64,000 nucleotides of DNA, from positions 4,030,001 to 4,094,000 of the forward strand of contig OX597834.1 of assembly GCA_951406725.2 (NCBI GenBank), in the 5' to 3' direction. How positions within the stretch are numbered: the stretch's first letter is position 1; the number at the start of each line of letters is the position of its first letter. A program made the position numbers and the translations under genes. This document shows positions 13,314-25,022 of this stretch, piece by piece. This stretch comes from Octopus vulgaris. Its lineage: Eukaryota. The notes beneath the pieces were generated by a model. That model was not told the DNA's origin and did no database searches. It was given only the letters and a program-made list of their open reading frames with translations.

Positions 13314-14029
13314 GCCAGGCTTCTTTCAGTTTCTGTCTACCAAATCCACTCACAAGGCTTTGGTTGGCCCAAGGCTTATAGTATAAAACACTTGCCCAAG
13401 GTACCACACAGTGGGACTGAACCTGAAACTATGTGGTTGGGAAGCAAGCTTCTTTACCACACAGCCATGCCTACGCCTACAGCCAAGCCTGCACCAACAA
13501 CCAAGCCCTGAGCATATTGAAAAACAAAGTATTGCTTTGTAGAAGTACAAAATTTGCTGGGATCGGCAATTTCATGGCTGTATTACATTCTTAAAGCTCT
13601 TTTAATTCCTAGGACTCAATTCTACTTGCAGCACTCACTGTATGTTGTTACAAAGCAAAAACAGGTCAATGTTTTTGACCTTTGCAGGTCATCCCACATT
13701 ATTAAGATTGGTGTTCAGTGTTTTGCGTTTAAAGGACAATGTTTGCAGAAAGAGCACCGGAAGGGGAAAAATTCCAGAATGTTTCAGTGCTGAGGAATAT
13801 GAAGTTAGTTAGTGCAGGGTCCAGAAAGTGAAACACAGTGAGAATTACAAAAGGAGAGACAAATATCTAAATATCTGTTTTGGGAGATGCTACATTGTTT
13901 TTTACCAGCTGTTAAATATGTAATTATTATTTCCAAACACATAGTGTTCAGTATTAAGATCTTTATGATTCACTGGCAAAAATGATGGGAAAAAAGTCAA
14001 CCAAAAGTTCTCTATTCTATTATTTCCCC

Positions 14030-14326
14030 GTGACTGACCAGGCTATCAGATACTGCTTCACATTGCTGGTCACAATGTGCTTCGCATTGTATTAGCCTTC
14101 AAATGACGCCACACCGCTGGCTAAGTGAGTATGCCAACAGAAGAAAGAGTGAGAAAAAGTTGTGTCAAAAGAGTACAGCAGGGACCGCCACCACCCCCTG
14201 CCGGAGCCTTGTGGAGTTTTAGGTGTTTTCGCTTAATAAACACTCACAACGCCCGGTCTGGGAATCGAAACCACAATCCTATGACCACGAGTATGCTGCC
14301 ATAACAATTTGGCCATTGCACCTCCA
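14030..14326 (-). mobile_element. tRNA-derived SINE
   Basis: Minus-strand head tggaggtgcaatggcc...ggtttcgattccc, shared with 22588-22935. Confidence 0.75.
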
Positions 14327-14436
14327 CTTATTCTATTATACAGTGATATACTGTTAATGGTCAAGGGTATAAAAAAAAAACCCTAAGAGATTTGAGAGAA
14401 GTAAAAACAAAAAACACAGAGGAACTCAATACTTAC

Positions 14437-14678
14437 TCTCTGGTCTTCTTCCTGTTTGCGACGGCGTTCTTCCACGGCAGCTCTTCTCTCTTCCTCTCTG
14501 CGACGTAGCTCATCAATTTTCCGACGCCTTAATTCTTGCTGTCTTTCCCGATGCTCTTGTGCCAACCGCTGTTGTTCTTTCAACTCTTCTATTTTCTTTT
14601 TCCGTTCATCAGCTAACTTCTCTCGTGCAACTCTGACCCGTTCTTCTCTTTCTCTCTCCTTTTCCTTCCTTACAGTAC
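14437..14678 (-). CDS. MAP7: Ensconsin/MAP7 N-terminal coiled-coil (microtubule-binding) exon, 242 nt, phase 1-0
   Basis: Splice sites tttttgcAG|GT ACT...CAG AGA|GTAAGT. The peptide TVRKEKEREREERVRVAREKLADERKKKIEELKEQ...RRREEERRAAVEERRRKQEEDQR matches the MAP7/ensconsin pattern (ERRRAAVEEKRR in vertebrate MAP7; REERLKYAR...ERQRKIEEL in fly Ens, recalled from memory). Confidence 0.9.
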
Positions 14679-16479
14679 CTGCAAAAACAGAAATTTGGAA
14701 AATGAGCTTCAAACAAATGAAAAGAGGGAAGCAAATGCAAAGATTTGCTCGCAGCCGTTTCGAAATTGCTTTCAAGAGAGCATTTCTTTCAGAGTAGTTT
14801 CTTTTCTTCGTTAATCTTTTGTGCATGCATCGAGATCATTGGTCTGAATCTGAAGGGATAAAGACTTACCAACAACGAAAATTTCCTGAAATTAGAAACC
14901 ATTCTAAAATAAAAATAAAATTCTTAAGAACACATAAAACGACTTTCACTCTTAACAAAAGTCTCTGAGTATCAAACCAATTTCACTCTCTTTCCTGTGG
15001 TCAGTTTCAGTCAAATTTTGTTTTAATTTTTTTTTTTTTTTCAGGTAACTGACCAATAAGGATTATTTATACACATTCCTGAATTCACGACACCACTACC
15101 TGCAACATAAGCAAGCTTCAGATTATGGGTAAAGATGCTCTACTAATGAACCAAATGTGCCCCCACCTTTATGAATTTGTCAATGTGGACTTCAGAGAAG
15201 ATTTATCTCATGTAACAGAAAAGTCTATCTCTATCTATTTGTATCCTCCTTTAGATGAACCTGCAGAGATCCCTTATCTTAATGTCTCCCTGTCCTGCCT
15301 CATTCAGTTGGTTTGTAAGGAAAGTCAATCTCTCCAGTAGTCTTGTATTAATTTAATCCCTGTAACCTAACTATAGCTACAGATTCCTACTTTGTATTTT
15401 CTATATTCTTAAAGTCCATAAATTAAATCTGACAACCTAATTTCTGAGTAATATATAATGGAATTTTCATGTACATTTCCTGGTCACCTATCATCGTTCA
15501 GTTATGTGTCATGGAAAACAAACCATTAGAGCAGATCTTGGGACCACTGCCCTTCTCACTCTTCAACCAAGACAATCCTCCAAGTTGTAGCATGTGTATT
15601 TTATTTCTGCTGTCACTGATTTCATTGCTGATTACTTCAGCAATGTTGTTGAAAACCTGGTCGTATCTACAGATAGTTGCCCTTGCCCAGTGCTTTGTAA
15701 CAACTGCTCAAGATGTGTTCAAAGGTCCTTGTTTTAAAACACAGGGGTCATAGAGGTGTTTTAAAAATGCCCTACATAATTAGATTGGATGGGCTGGTGA
15801 AGGTTTTGTAAACTGCTTGAATCAAGAACTTGATTCATATGTCCTGCTATTCCGCTTCGTCATCATCTAGTTCCACCTCATCTAGGCACCTTGTCTTTGC
15901 CTTGCTTGCTTGCTCTTTATCCACACCATGCTTCTGCCTCTGCTTCCTACCTGTGGTCAGTCATTATGGGGTTCCCAAGTACAGACCTACCCTAAACCAC
16001 ATTCCCAAGAAGAGCTCTGAGTTCCAGCCTCATTCCAGCCCAGTGGATTGCCTTGCAGCCTCCCACTTCTTTCTTGTCTTCATGGCAACACTTGCACTAG
16101 ACACTTTGGTTTCCATTGAACTGGTGTACTACAAGTGTTCTTGTGCCCATATCACCATCAATTCCACCTTGAAAGAACTAAATGGAAACCTGAACTTCTT
16201 ACCACTCCATACAGCTCAACACAACTTAAGCTGATTGGCAAACTAAACTATCTGTGAAGATGGTTTCTGACCTTGAGCTCAAGAGATCTTCCATACAGCC
16301 CCATAAAGACATTGGGGCTTCAAAAATGAACAAAAGCTAGAAGAGGAGGAGGAGGATCTCATGTTGGTAAACCTAGGCCTTGAATCTTTCTAGAAGCCTA
16401 AGCTTGTCCACAGTTTGTGGAAGATATTCCTAAGACAAACTCAGGTCTTCATGGGGGAGATAGCCATAATTTCACTTAG

Positions 16480-16780
16480 CTTGATGTACCTTCTCAAACA
16501 TAGCAGAGAACCAGGAGTTTCAATCATGTCATATCCTCTGTGAAGCTCAACATCTGAAGATTATTTCTCACTGCTTTGTCCTATGTTTTCCTAGGTCAAC
16601 CCTTTCTACAGGTTCCCTCCACAATTAGATCGGCACTTCTTTATGCAGGTGTCCTTGTCCATTGGCCAATTTTTCTCTTAAGACACTTACATGCACATCC
16701 AGCGGAGCATGCTGGTTTCATTTCTTTCAAGCCTTCGCATATCCTCAGTAGTCACAACCGATGTCACAGGCTTTCCAAAG
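16480..16780 (-). mobile_element. RTE LINE C-terminal fragment
   Basis: Homologous to 23520-23820 and 42080-42150 (tgcacatccagcggagcatgctgg; acaggttccctc). Confidence 0.7.
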
Positions 16781-16940
16781 GTCAACTAAAGCTAAGCACA
16801 GATGTTTGCTTTTGGCAAAAGACTTCTCCTACAGCTAGCTTAACAGGAATATAGCATCAGCAGTGATTCTCTCTGGTACAAAACCAAACAGTATCTCATT
16901 AGGGCCAACTCTCCCCTAACATATGTATGTATATATTTAT

Positions 16941-17000
<60 letters not shown>

Positions 17001-17048
17001 CATATATATGTGTGTATATATATATGTGTGCATCTATCTATATATATG

Positions 17049-17089
<41 letters not shown>

Positions 17090-17460
17090 CAAAATCGATC
17101 AACATCAATGGAATTTGTAGTTGTGATACCAGTGCCGGTGGCACGTAAGAGAACCATCTGAACGTGGCCGTAGCCAGCGTCGCATCACCTGGCCTCCGTG
17201 CCGGTGACACGTAAAAACCACCATCCAAGCGTGGCTGTTCGCCAGCCTCGTCTGGGACCTGTGCTGGTGGCACGTAAAAAGCACCCACTACACTCACGGA
17301 GTGGTTGGCGTTAGGAAGGGCATCCAGCACTAGAAACACTGCTAGATCTGACTGGGCCTGGTGCAACCTTCAGGCTTCTCAGACCCCAGTTGAACCATCC
17401 AACCCATGCTAGCATGGAAAGTGGACGTTAAACGATGATGATGATGATGATATATACATA

Positions 17461-17882
17461 AAAATTAGAGAAAACCACATTTTATCATGAACAATTAAAT
17501 TACACCATCTAGAAAATTACAAATAATAGAAATATTAAATATCAAATAACAATAATATACCAATGATTAAGTAATATGCAAAATAATAAATAAAACGTAT
17601 ATATTTGGTAGAATAACTATTTTTATTTTTATTTTTTATTATTTTTATTATTATTTTGCAATTTATTTAATCATCAGTATATTATTGTTATTTGATATTT
17701 AATATTTTTATTATATGTAATTTTCTAGATGGTGTAATTTAATTGTTCATTTTGAATTGTTAAAAGGTGTTTTTTTCTAATTTTTAGATATATATATATA
17801 TATTATATTTTGTAAAATTTGATTTAGTATTTCTAAATTGAATTTTTCCCTGTAAGTTAGGAATAATATTCCCTCAAATTTT
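17461..17882. mobile_element. (TA)n-embedded fold-back element
   Basis: Arms at about 17461-17590 and 17645-17785 (aattaaattacaccatctagaaaattac and its reverse complement), then a tail homologous to 6617 and 26519. Confidence 0.65.
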
Positions 17883-18652
17883 ATATATATATATATATAA
17901 TGTTACAAATGTAACAGTGCAGTAAGAAGTTTACTTCTGAAACACAGTTTTAGATTTATCCCCACTGCATCACAGCTTTAACAACTGTAATGCAGGGAGG
18001 ATAAATCTAATTGTTTTATGCATTTGTTAGATGGAAAGCAAAAGCCGATGTGTGTGTGTGTGTGTGTGTGCGTGCATCTTTGGTTTGTCTCCTACCACTG
18101 CTTGGTACCTGGTGTTGGTTCATTTATGTCACTGTAACTTGGCAGTTTCACAAAGGAGACCGACAGAACATGTACCAGACTAAAAAAATAATCACTGAGG
18201 TCAATTTGTTCAACTAAAAGACTTCCTGTAACCGAAATTAGCATATGTACACAGAGACGTATATGTACATTTATGCACATGTTTTATCTTCTACTTATTT
18301 CATACCAGCTGACATGCTGGGACACTGCCTTAGTCAAACAAATCAACCCCAGGACTTATTATTTCAAACCTGGTACTTATTCTATGGGACTCTTTTGCTG
18401 AACTGCTAAGTTATGGGGACCAAAATAAGTCACTAAGCAGTGATGGAGAGACAAACACACACACACACACATACACAATGGGCTTCTTTCAGTTTCCATC
18501 TACCAAATCCTCTTACAAGGCTTTGGTTGACCCAAGGCTATAGTAGAAGACACTTGCTCAATGTGCCATGCAGTGGGACTGAACCTGGAACCATGTGGTT
18601 GCTTAGCAAGCTACTTACTACACAGCCATGTTTGCACCTATATACACATACA

Positions 18653-18881
18653 GGCGGCGAGCTGGCAGAACTGTTACACGCCGGGCGAAATGCGTAGCAG
18701 TATTCCGTCTGCCGCTACGTTCTGAGTTCAAATTCCGCCAAGGCCAACTTTGCCTTTCATCCTTTCGGGGCCAATAAATTAAGTACCAGTTACGCACTGG
18801 GGTCGATGTAATCGACAATCAGTTTGTCTGTCCTTGCTTGTCCCCTCTGTGTTTAGCCCCTTGTGGGTAGTACAAGAAATA
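18653..18881 (+). mobile_element. Full-length Nin/Deu-like SINE
   Basis: Runs from ggcggcgagctggcagaa to gtacaagaaata. Confidence 0.85.
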
Positions 18882-19300
18882 TATATACACACACATACAT
18901 AAAACAGGTTTCTATATCAAATCCTTCTACCAGATTCACTACCAAAGGGTGGGCCAGCCTGGAAGTATAGTGGAAGACATTTCGCCAATGCGCTGGAGTG
19001 TGGGACAAAACAGAAGCTATGTAGCTGCAAAGCTAGCTTCTTAGCCATACAGGTGTGCTTTGCACCTTTAGAAAAAAAATAGAGAAATCATGACTAATGC
19101 AGTGTTTACGACAGCTGACTGTAGCAAGGATGTGGTGGTGGGTGGTGTAGGATTGTCATTGTAAGGCAGGAGTGGCTGCAGGTTAAAACATGCATGATTA
19201 CCATTTCTATGTGGAGAGTGTGTGTGTATATCTATCCATCTGCCTTACCTGTCTATTTCTCTCTTCGCCCTCCCCCCTATCATATATATATATACATATA

Positions 19301-19581
19301 TATAATACAATGGAGAAACGAATTTAGTTTGTTCATCAACTTTTGTCTAATATCCGAAAGTTGACGAACAAACTAAATTTGTTTCTCCATTTTCTTAATT
19401 GTATTATAAATTTACGGTAAAAATATTTCTTTATCTTCACCCATTTAATACAATAAATGAATTAATTGCATTGCAATTAAAAACATTTATGTATTAAGAA
19501 TCTGGGTACTTTACCAACAGTATATTGGATAAATACTATCCCTTAGTGGCTTACACCCATAACCCCTAACTTACTTTGTAT

Positions 19582-19582
<1 letters not shown>
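19301..19582. mobile_element. (TA)n-embedded fold-back element, second family
   Basis: Arms at 19301-19342 and 19357-19407, followed by a unique tail. The arm sequence recurs at 7840-7948. Confidence 0.65.
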
Positions 19583-19617
<35 letters not shown>

Positions 19618-19678
19618 GACACAGATATATATACATACATATACACATGAAAACACACAAACACACACACACACACAC

Positions 19679-19712
<34 letters not shown>

Positions 19713-20815
19713 AATGGAAGCGTGGCTGTGTGGTAAGAAGCTTGCTTCCTAACCACATGTTTCGTGGTTCAGTCCCACTGCATGGCACCTTCGGTAAGTG
19801 TCTTCTACTATTGCTTTGGGCTGACAAAACCTTTGTGAGTGGATTTGGTAGATGGAAACAGAAAGAAGCCCACCATATAAATATACCTGTAATTACTAAT
19901 AATATTTTATAAGCAATCACTGTGTATTGACTAAGAAAATAGTCTAATATTGGAACTTTAAGCTTATAAAATATTATTATTATTATTTACTCATCATTGC
20001 TTCTCAAATTATCACAGAAAACACACATATATATGTGTATGTATGTTTGTGTCTATCATTGCCCCCCCCCCTGCCCCATACACACACATTGCTTGACAAT
20101 TGTGTTTACATACTATACTCTTTTACTTGTTTCAGTCATTTGACTGCGGCCATGCTGGAGCACTGCCTTTAATCGAGCAACTCGACCCTGGGACTTATTC
20201 TTTCGCAAGCCCAGTACTTATTCTATCGGTCTCTTTTGCCGAACCGCTAAGTAACAGGGACATAAACACACCAGCATCGGTTGTCAAGCGATGCTAGGGG
20301 GACAAACACAGACACACAAACATACATATATATATACATATATATATACGACGGGCTTCTTTCAGTTTCCATCTACCAAATCCACTCACAAGGCTTTGGT
20401 CAGCCCAAGGCTAAAGTAGAAGACACTTGCCCAAGGTGCCACACAGTGGGACTGAACCTGGAACCATTTGTTTGGTAAACAAGCTACTTACCACACAGCC
20501 ACTCCTGCATCTATCTCTGTAAACCTACCAGCTTGGCAAAAGGGACTGATACAATAAGTACTGGGGTCAATATAATCAGGTAAAAAGTTTCGAAGGTGGT
20601 TTCCCCAGCATGGTGGCATGGTTGAAACAAGTAAAAGATATATACACATAAGCCTGGAAAAGGCACAGGGGTGGCATAAGCATGGGTATGGCTGTGTAGT
20701 AAGTAGTTTCATGTTCAATCCTACAGCATGTCAGCACCTTGGGTGAATGTCTTCTACTACAGCCCCAGGCTAACCAAAACCTTGTTAGTGGATTTGGTGG
20801 ACAGAAACTGAAATG

Positions 20816-20862
<47 letters not shown>

Positions 20863-20868
<6 letters not shown>

Positions 20869-21152
20869 CAATATTTAAATATCGATATTATCTTTATTTA
20901 TAAATTTATATATATATCATCATCATCATCATCATCATTTAGCATGGAAAGCGGACGCTAAATAATAATGATGATGATGATGATATATATATAAATTTAT
21001 AAATAAAGATAATATCGATATTTAAATATTGATATTAGCAAGTGGCCAGCATGGGAATAAATACCATGCGCAAAGGTAATAATTTTTCACAACTATAAAT
21101 AAGTCAGGGTTTGACTGCTATTTCGGCATGGTGGTGTCTCTTATTTATAGTT

Positions 21153-21155
<3 letters not shown>
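20863..21155. repeat. Long palindrome with an RTE tail at its centre, plus a second hairpin
   Basis: Near-perfect palindrome 20863-21037. Hairpin cacaactataaataag (21088-21103) / cttatttatagttgtg (21140-21155). Confidence 0.75.
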
Positions 21156-21190
<35 letters not shown>

Positions 21191-21686
21191 TAGATAGATA
21201 GATAGATACATACATACATACATATATACATACACACATACTCACATATAGTAAAAAAAGTGCAGAGGAGGATGACAAATGAATACAGAAAAATCCCATA
21301 CAACAGGTGGAATTGTTCAACCATCATTTTCCGCTCGGAACGTTAAATCCTCCTCCTTCTTTCTTTCTTTTCCTGAGTGTCCAATAATACTATATTTGTT
21401 CCACATCCTCGTGTTGTTGTGTTTTCTCTATGTTCATGTTTGGTTTAACTATATATACATATATATATATATATAAATATACGTGTGTGTGTGTGTATAA
21501 TGAACTTCATTAAACAATAGATCGACAACTAAGTAGATTCCTTTATAGTGATCAAATGTTTGTGCACCCCTAACTTCACGACCCGAACTTGCACTTTTAG
21601 TATTCGGCAATCACATCATTCACTTTCAACTCTGCGCTATTCTCGAATTATCACATTTTAAATATGCTCCCATAATTATGTGTGTG

Positions 21687-21721
<35 letters not shown>

Positions 21722-21724
21722 GGC

Positions 21725-21770
<46 letters not shown>

Positions 21771-21815
21771 GCATACATTTGTGCGTGTGTGAATATGTAT
21801 GGATGTGATGTGTGA

Positions 21816-21865
<50 letters not shown>

Positions 21866-21866
<1 letters not shown>

Positions 21867-22125
21867 AAATATTAGAAAAAACCACCTTTTATCAATTCAA
21901 AATGAATAATTAAATTACACCATCTAGAAAATTACATATAATAGAAAAGTTAAAGTAACAATTAAAAAATTACCTATTATATACATATTATTTTTGTAAT
22001 TTACTTAATCTTTACTTTTTAATTGTTATTTTAATTTTAACTTTTCTATTATATGTAATTTTCTAGATGGTGTAATTTAATTATTCATTTTGAATTGATA
22101 AAAGGTGGGTTTTTTCTAATATTTT
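21866..22125. mobile_element. (TA)n-embedded fold-back element, same family as 17461
   Basis: Near-perfect inverted arms of about 90 bp with (TA)n on both sides. Confidence 0.7.
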
Positions 22126-22319
22126 ATATATATATGTATATATATGTAATATCATCATCATCATCATCATCGTTTAACATCCGTTTTCCATGCTAGCATG
22201 GGTTGGACGGTTCGACCGGGGTTCTGGGAAGCCAGAAGGCTGCACCAGGCTCCAGTCTAATCTGGCAATGTTTCTACAGCTGGATGCCCTTCCTAACGCC
22301 AACCACTCCGTGGTTGGCG

Positions 22320-22352
<33 letters not shown>

Positions 22353-22498
22353 GTATATATATATGTAATATATCTATGTATGTATATATATATACATATA
22401 TATGTGTGTGTGTGTATATATATGTATACATGTGTACATGTATGTGTATATATATGTGTGTGTATATATATGTATACATGTGTACATGTATATATATA

Positions 22499-22534
<36 letters not shown>

Positions 22535-22587
22535 CACGTATGTATATGTATCTATATATACATATATACGCATGTATATGTATATAT

Positions 22588-22935
22588 TGTGGCACTCCGT
22601 CAGAACAGCCTGCTCGTGAAAGTAACGCTCAAGTGGCTGAGCACTCGGCTGACGTGTGTACCCTTAACGTAGTTGTTGGGGAGATTCAGCGTGACAGAGA
22701 GGGTGACAAGATGGGCCCTTTGAAATACAGGTGAAACAGAAAGAGGAACAAAGAGTGAGAGACAGTTGTGGTGGAAGAGTACAGCAGGAATCGCCACCCC
22801 TCCCCCTGCCAGAGCCCCATGGAGCTTTAGGTGTTTTCGTTCAATAAACACTCACAACACCCTGTCTCAGAATCGAAACTGTGATCTTACGACCGCAAGT
22901 CCACTGCTCTAACCTTTGGGCCATTGTGCCTCCAC
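22588..22935 (-). mobile_element. tRNA-derived SINE (mosaic)
   Basis: Head as in the 14030 element, tail as in the 5232 element. Confidence 0.75.
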
Positions 22936-22962
22936 ATGTATGTATGTATATATATGTATATT

Positions 22963-23822
22963 ATCATCATCATCATCGTTTAACGTCTGCTTTCCATGCT
23001 GGCATGGGTTGGACGGTTTGACTGAGGACTAGCAAACCAGATATCTGCACCAGGCTCCAATCTGATCTGGCAGAGTGTCTACAGCTGGATGCCCTTCCTA
23101 ATGCCAACCACTCCAGGAGTGTAGTGGATGCTTTTACGTGCCACTGGCACGAGGGCCAGTCAGGCGGTACTGGCAATGGCCACGCTCAAATGGTGTTTTT
23201 TACATGCCACCTGCACAGGAGCCAGTCCAGTGGCACTGGCAATGACCTCGCCAGTAAGGTGATGCAGGTAACCATCCCACTCGAATGGTGCTTTTTACGT
23301 GCCACCAGCATGGAAGCCAGTTAACTGCCCTGGCATCGATCACGCTCAGATGGTGCTCTTAGCGCTCCACTAGCACGGATTTGATTTCGATTTCACTTGC
23401 CACAGAAGGTCTTCGGAAGCAGAGTTTAGTGTCCAATGAAGGAAAGGTACACATAAGTGGGCTGGTTACACTCCTGGCATAGGCCACGAGGTTATGGTCT
23501 CATTTGGCTTGCCGAGTCTTCTAAAGCATAGCATATTTCCAAAGGTCTCGGTCACAAGTCATTTCCTCGTTGAGGCCTAATGTTTGAAGGTCATGCTTCA
23601 ACAGCTCATCCCAGGTCTTCCTGGGTCTATCTCTTCCACAGGTTCCCTCAACCGCTAGGGTGTGGCACTTTTTCACACAGGTGTCCTCATCCATTCTCGC
23701 CACATGACCATACCAGTGCAGTCGTCTCTCTTGCACACCACATCTGATGCTTCTTAGGTCCAACCTTTCTCTCAAGGTACTTACACTCTGTCAGGTATGC
23801 ACACTAACATTACACATCCATC
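22963..23822 (-). mobile_element. RTE LINE 3' end with 3'UTR and (GAT)n tail
   Basis: RRLHWYGHVARMDE...GRDRPRKTW, followed by a UTR containing the Meta-domain-like ggcattaggaagggcatccagctgtag and a (GAT)n tail. Isolated tails lie at about 8199-8255, 22152-22320, 25387-25566, 39000-39310, 43253-43400 and 62506-62782 (minus), and 17090-17450, 59855-60114, 60666-60908 and 61405-61938 (plus). Confidence 0.9.
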
Positions 23823-23839
23823 AGAACATACATATATAT

Positions 23840-24190
23840 GTAATTATTAGTATAATTATGCCTAAAATCTCCAAGAAGTTAAGGAGATAGACAAAGAACA
23901 TGCTGTTTTTACTCCAGCATGTTCTTTGTATAATTATACTAATGTGTCCATCTGTTCTAATTTAATTAAATTCTATGTCTTTGTGCAGCTGAAGATTGGT
24001 CTGCATCTTAAACATGGTGTAATGACTGCGTTGTTCAATTAAATGGAGTTGCATGAAACAATCGTACTGCATTACCTCTGGATATCCTTGTTGCTTATTT
24101 TGATTTTAATCACCTTATTTTGAAATTGTATGGATAATACCGTACTAAATTCTGGTGTCTCAAGCTTAAGCACCATATTCATCTGAATCT
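23840..24190 (+). mobile_element. (TA)n-embedded fold-back element with hammerhead motif
   Basis: Nested inverted repeats 23846-59/23930-43 and 23891-905/23915-29, then a hammerhead-like motif, a tail and (TA)n. Confidence 0.6.
23984..24071 (+). ncRNA. Type I hammerhead-like motif with a long degenerate stem II
   Basis: TGCAG-CTGAAGA-(59 nt)-GAAAC-aatc-GTA-CTGCA. Stem I is perfect and both core boxes are canonical. Confidence 0.6.
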
Positions 24191-24650
24191 ATATCTATAT
24201 ATATATATATATTGCTCATTTCAGCCATTATATCCAATACATTTGTGTGTGTACACGCATGTTTCCAGTCATGGGGTGGGCAGAATAAAAGAATGATACA
24301 AAAAAAATTAACATTAGAAGTGATAGAGGCATGCACTTTCAAGGTGTTATGACGATGAATAAAGGAATTCTATGCATACATATACACCTGTAGAGAAAGA
24401 ATCATGGGGACGGAGGAGGAAGATGAGAAAGACTGAAAATGTATGTATGTGTGTGTGTATATGAGAGAGAGAGATAGAGAGAAAGACAGGTGCTTTGTGT
24501 TTGTGAAGTTGCATAATGTAAAATTGGTAGGGAGAGTTACTTATCTATCATTTGGCTGGCAACCCACTGGTGTGTATATATAAATATGCATTCGTGTGTG
24601 TGTGTGTGTGTGGTTTTGTGTCAAAGAAGTTCACTTTCCAACCACACAGA

Positions 24651-25022
24651 CGCAGGAGTTGCTGTGTGGTAAGTAGCTTGCTAACCAACCACATGGTTCC
24701 GGGTTCAGTCCCACTGAGTGACACCTTGGGCAAGCGTCTTTTGCTATAGCCCCGGGCCGACCAATGCCTTGCGAGTGGATTTGGTAGACGGAAACTGAAA
24801 GAAGCCTGTCGTATATATGTATGTTTGTGTGTCTGTGTTTGTACCCCTAGCATTGCTTGACTACCGATGCTGGTGTGTTTACGTCTCCGTCACTTAGCGG
24901 TTCGGCAAAAAGAGACCGACAGAATGAGTACTGGGCTTACAAAAAGAATAAGTCCCGGGGTCGAGTTGCTCGACTAAAGGCGGTGCTCCAGCATGGCCGC
25001 AGTCAAATGACAAACAAGTAAA
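24651..25022 (+). mobile_element. tRNA-derived CORE-type SINE with internal microsatellite
   Basis: tRNA-like head (gctgtgtggtaag...ggttcagtccc), CORE-like gtgacaccttgggcaag, and tail ccagcatggccgcagtcaaatga. Other plus copies lie at about 17915-18215, 19720-19880, 20685-20810, 25050-25150 and 63909-64000. Confidence 0.85.

Noticed and set aside
14679-14870. In-frame N-terminal extension MHKRLTKK... of ORF 14383-14826, and a nearby GTAAGT donor at 14869
   Set aside because: The frame runs through a clear polypyrimidine tract and acceptor. It is most simply intron, though an intronic start cannot be excluded.
24651-24720. tRNA genes at SINE heads
   Set aside because: They have A/B-box similarity only, no complete cloverleaf, and are followed by SINE bodies.
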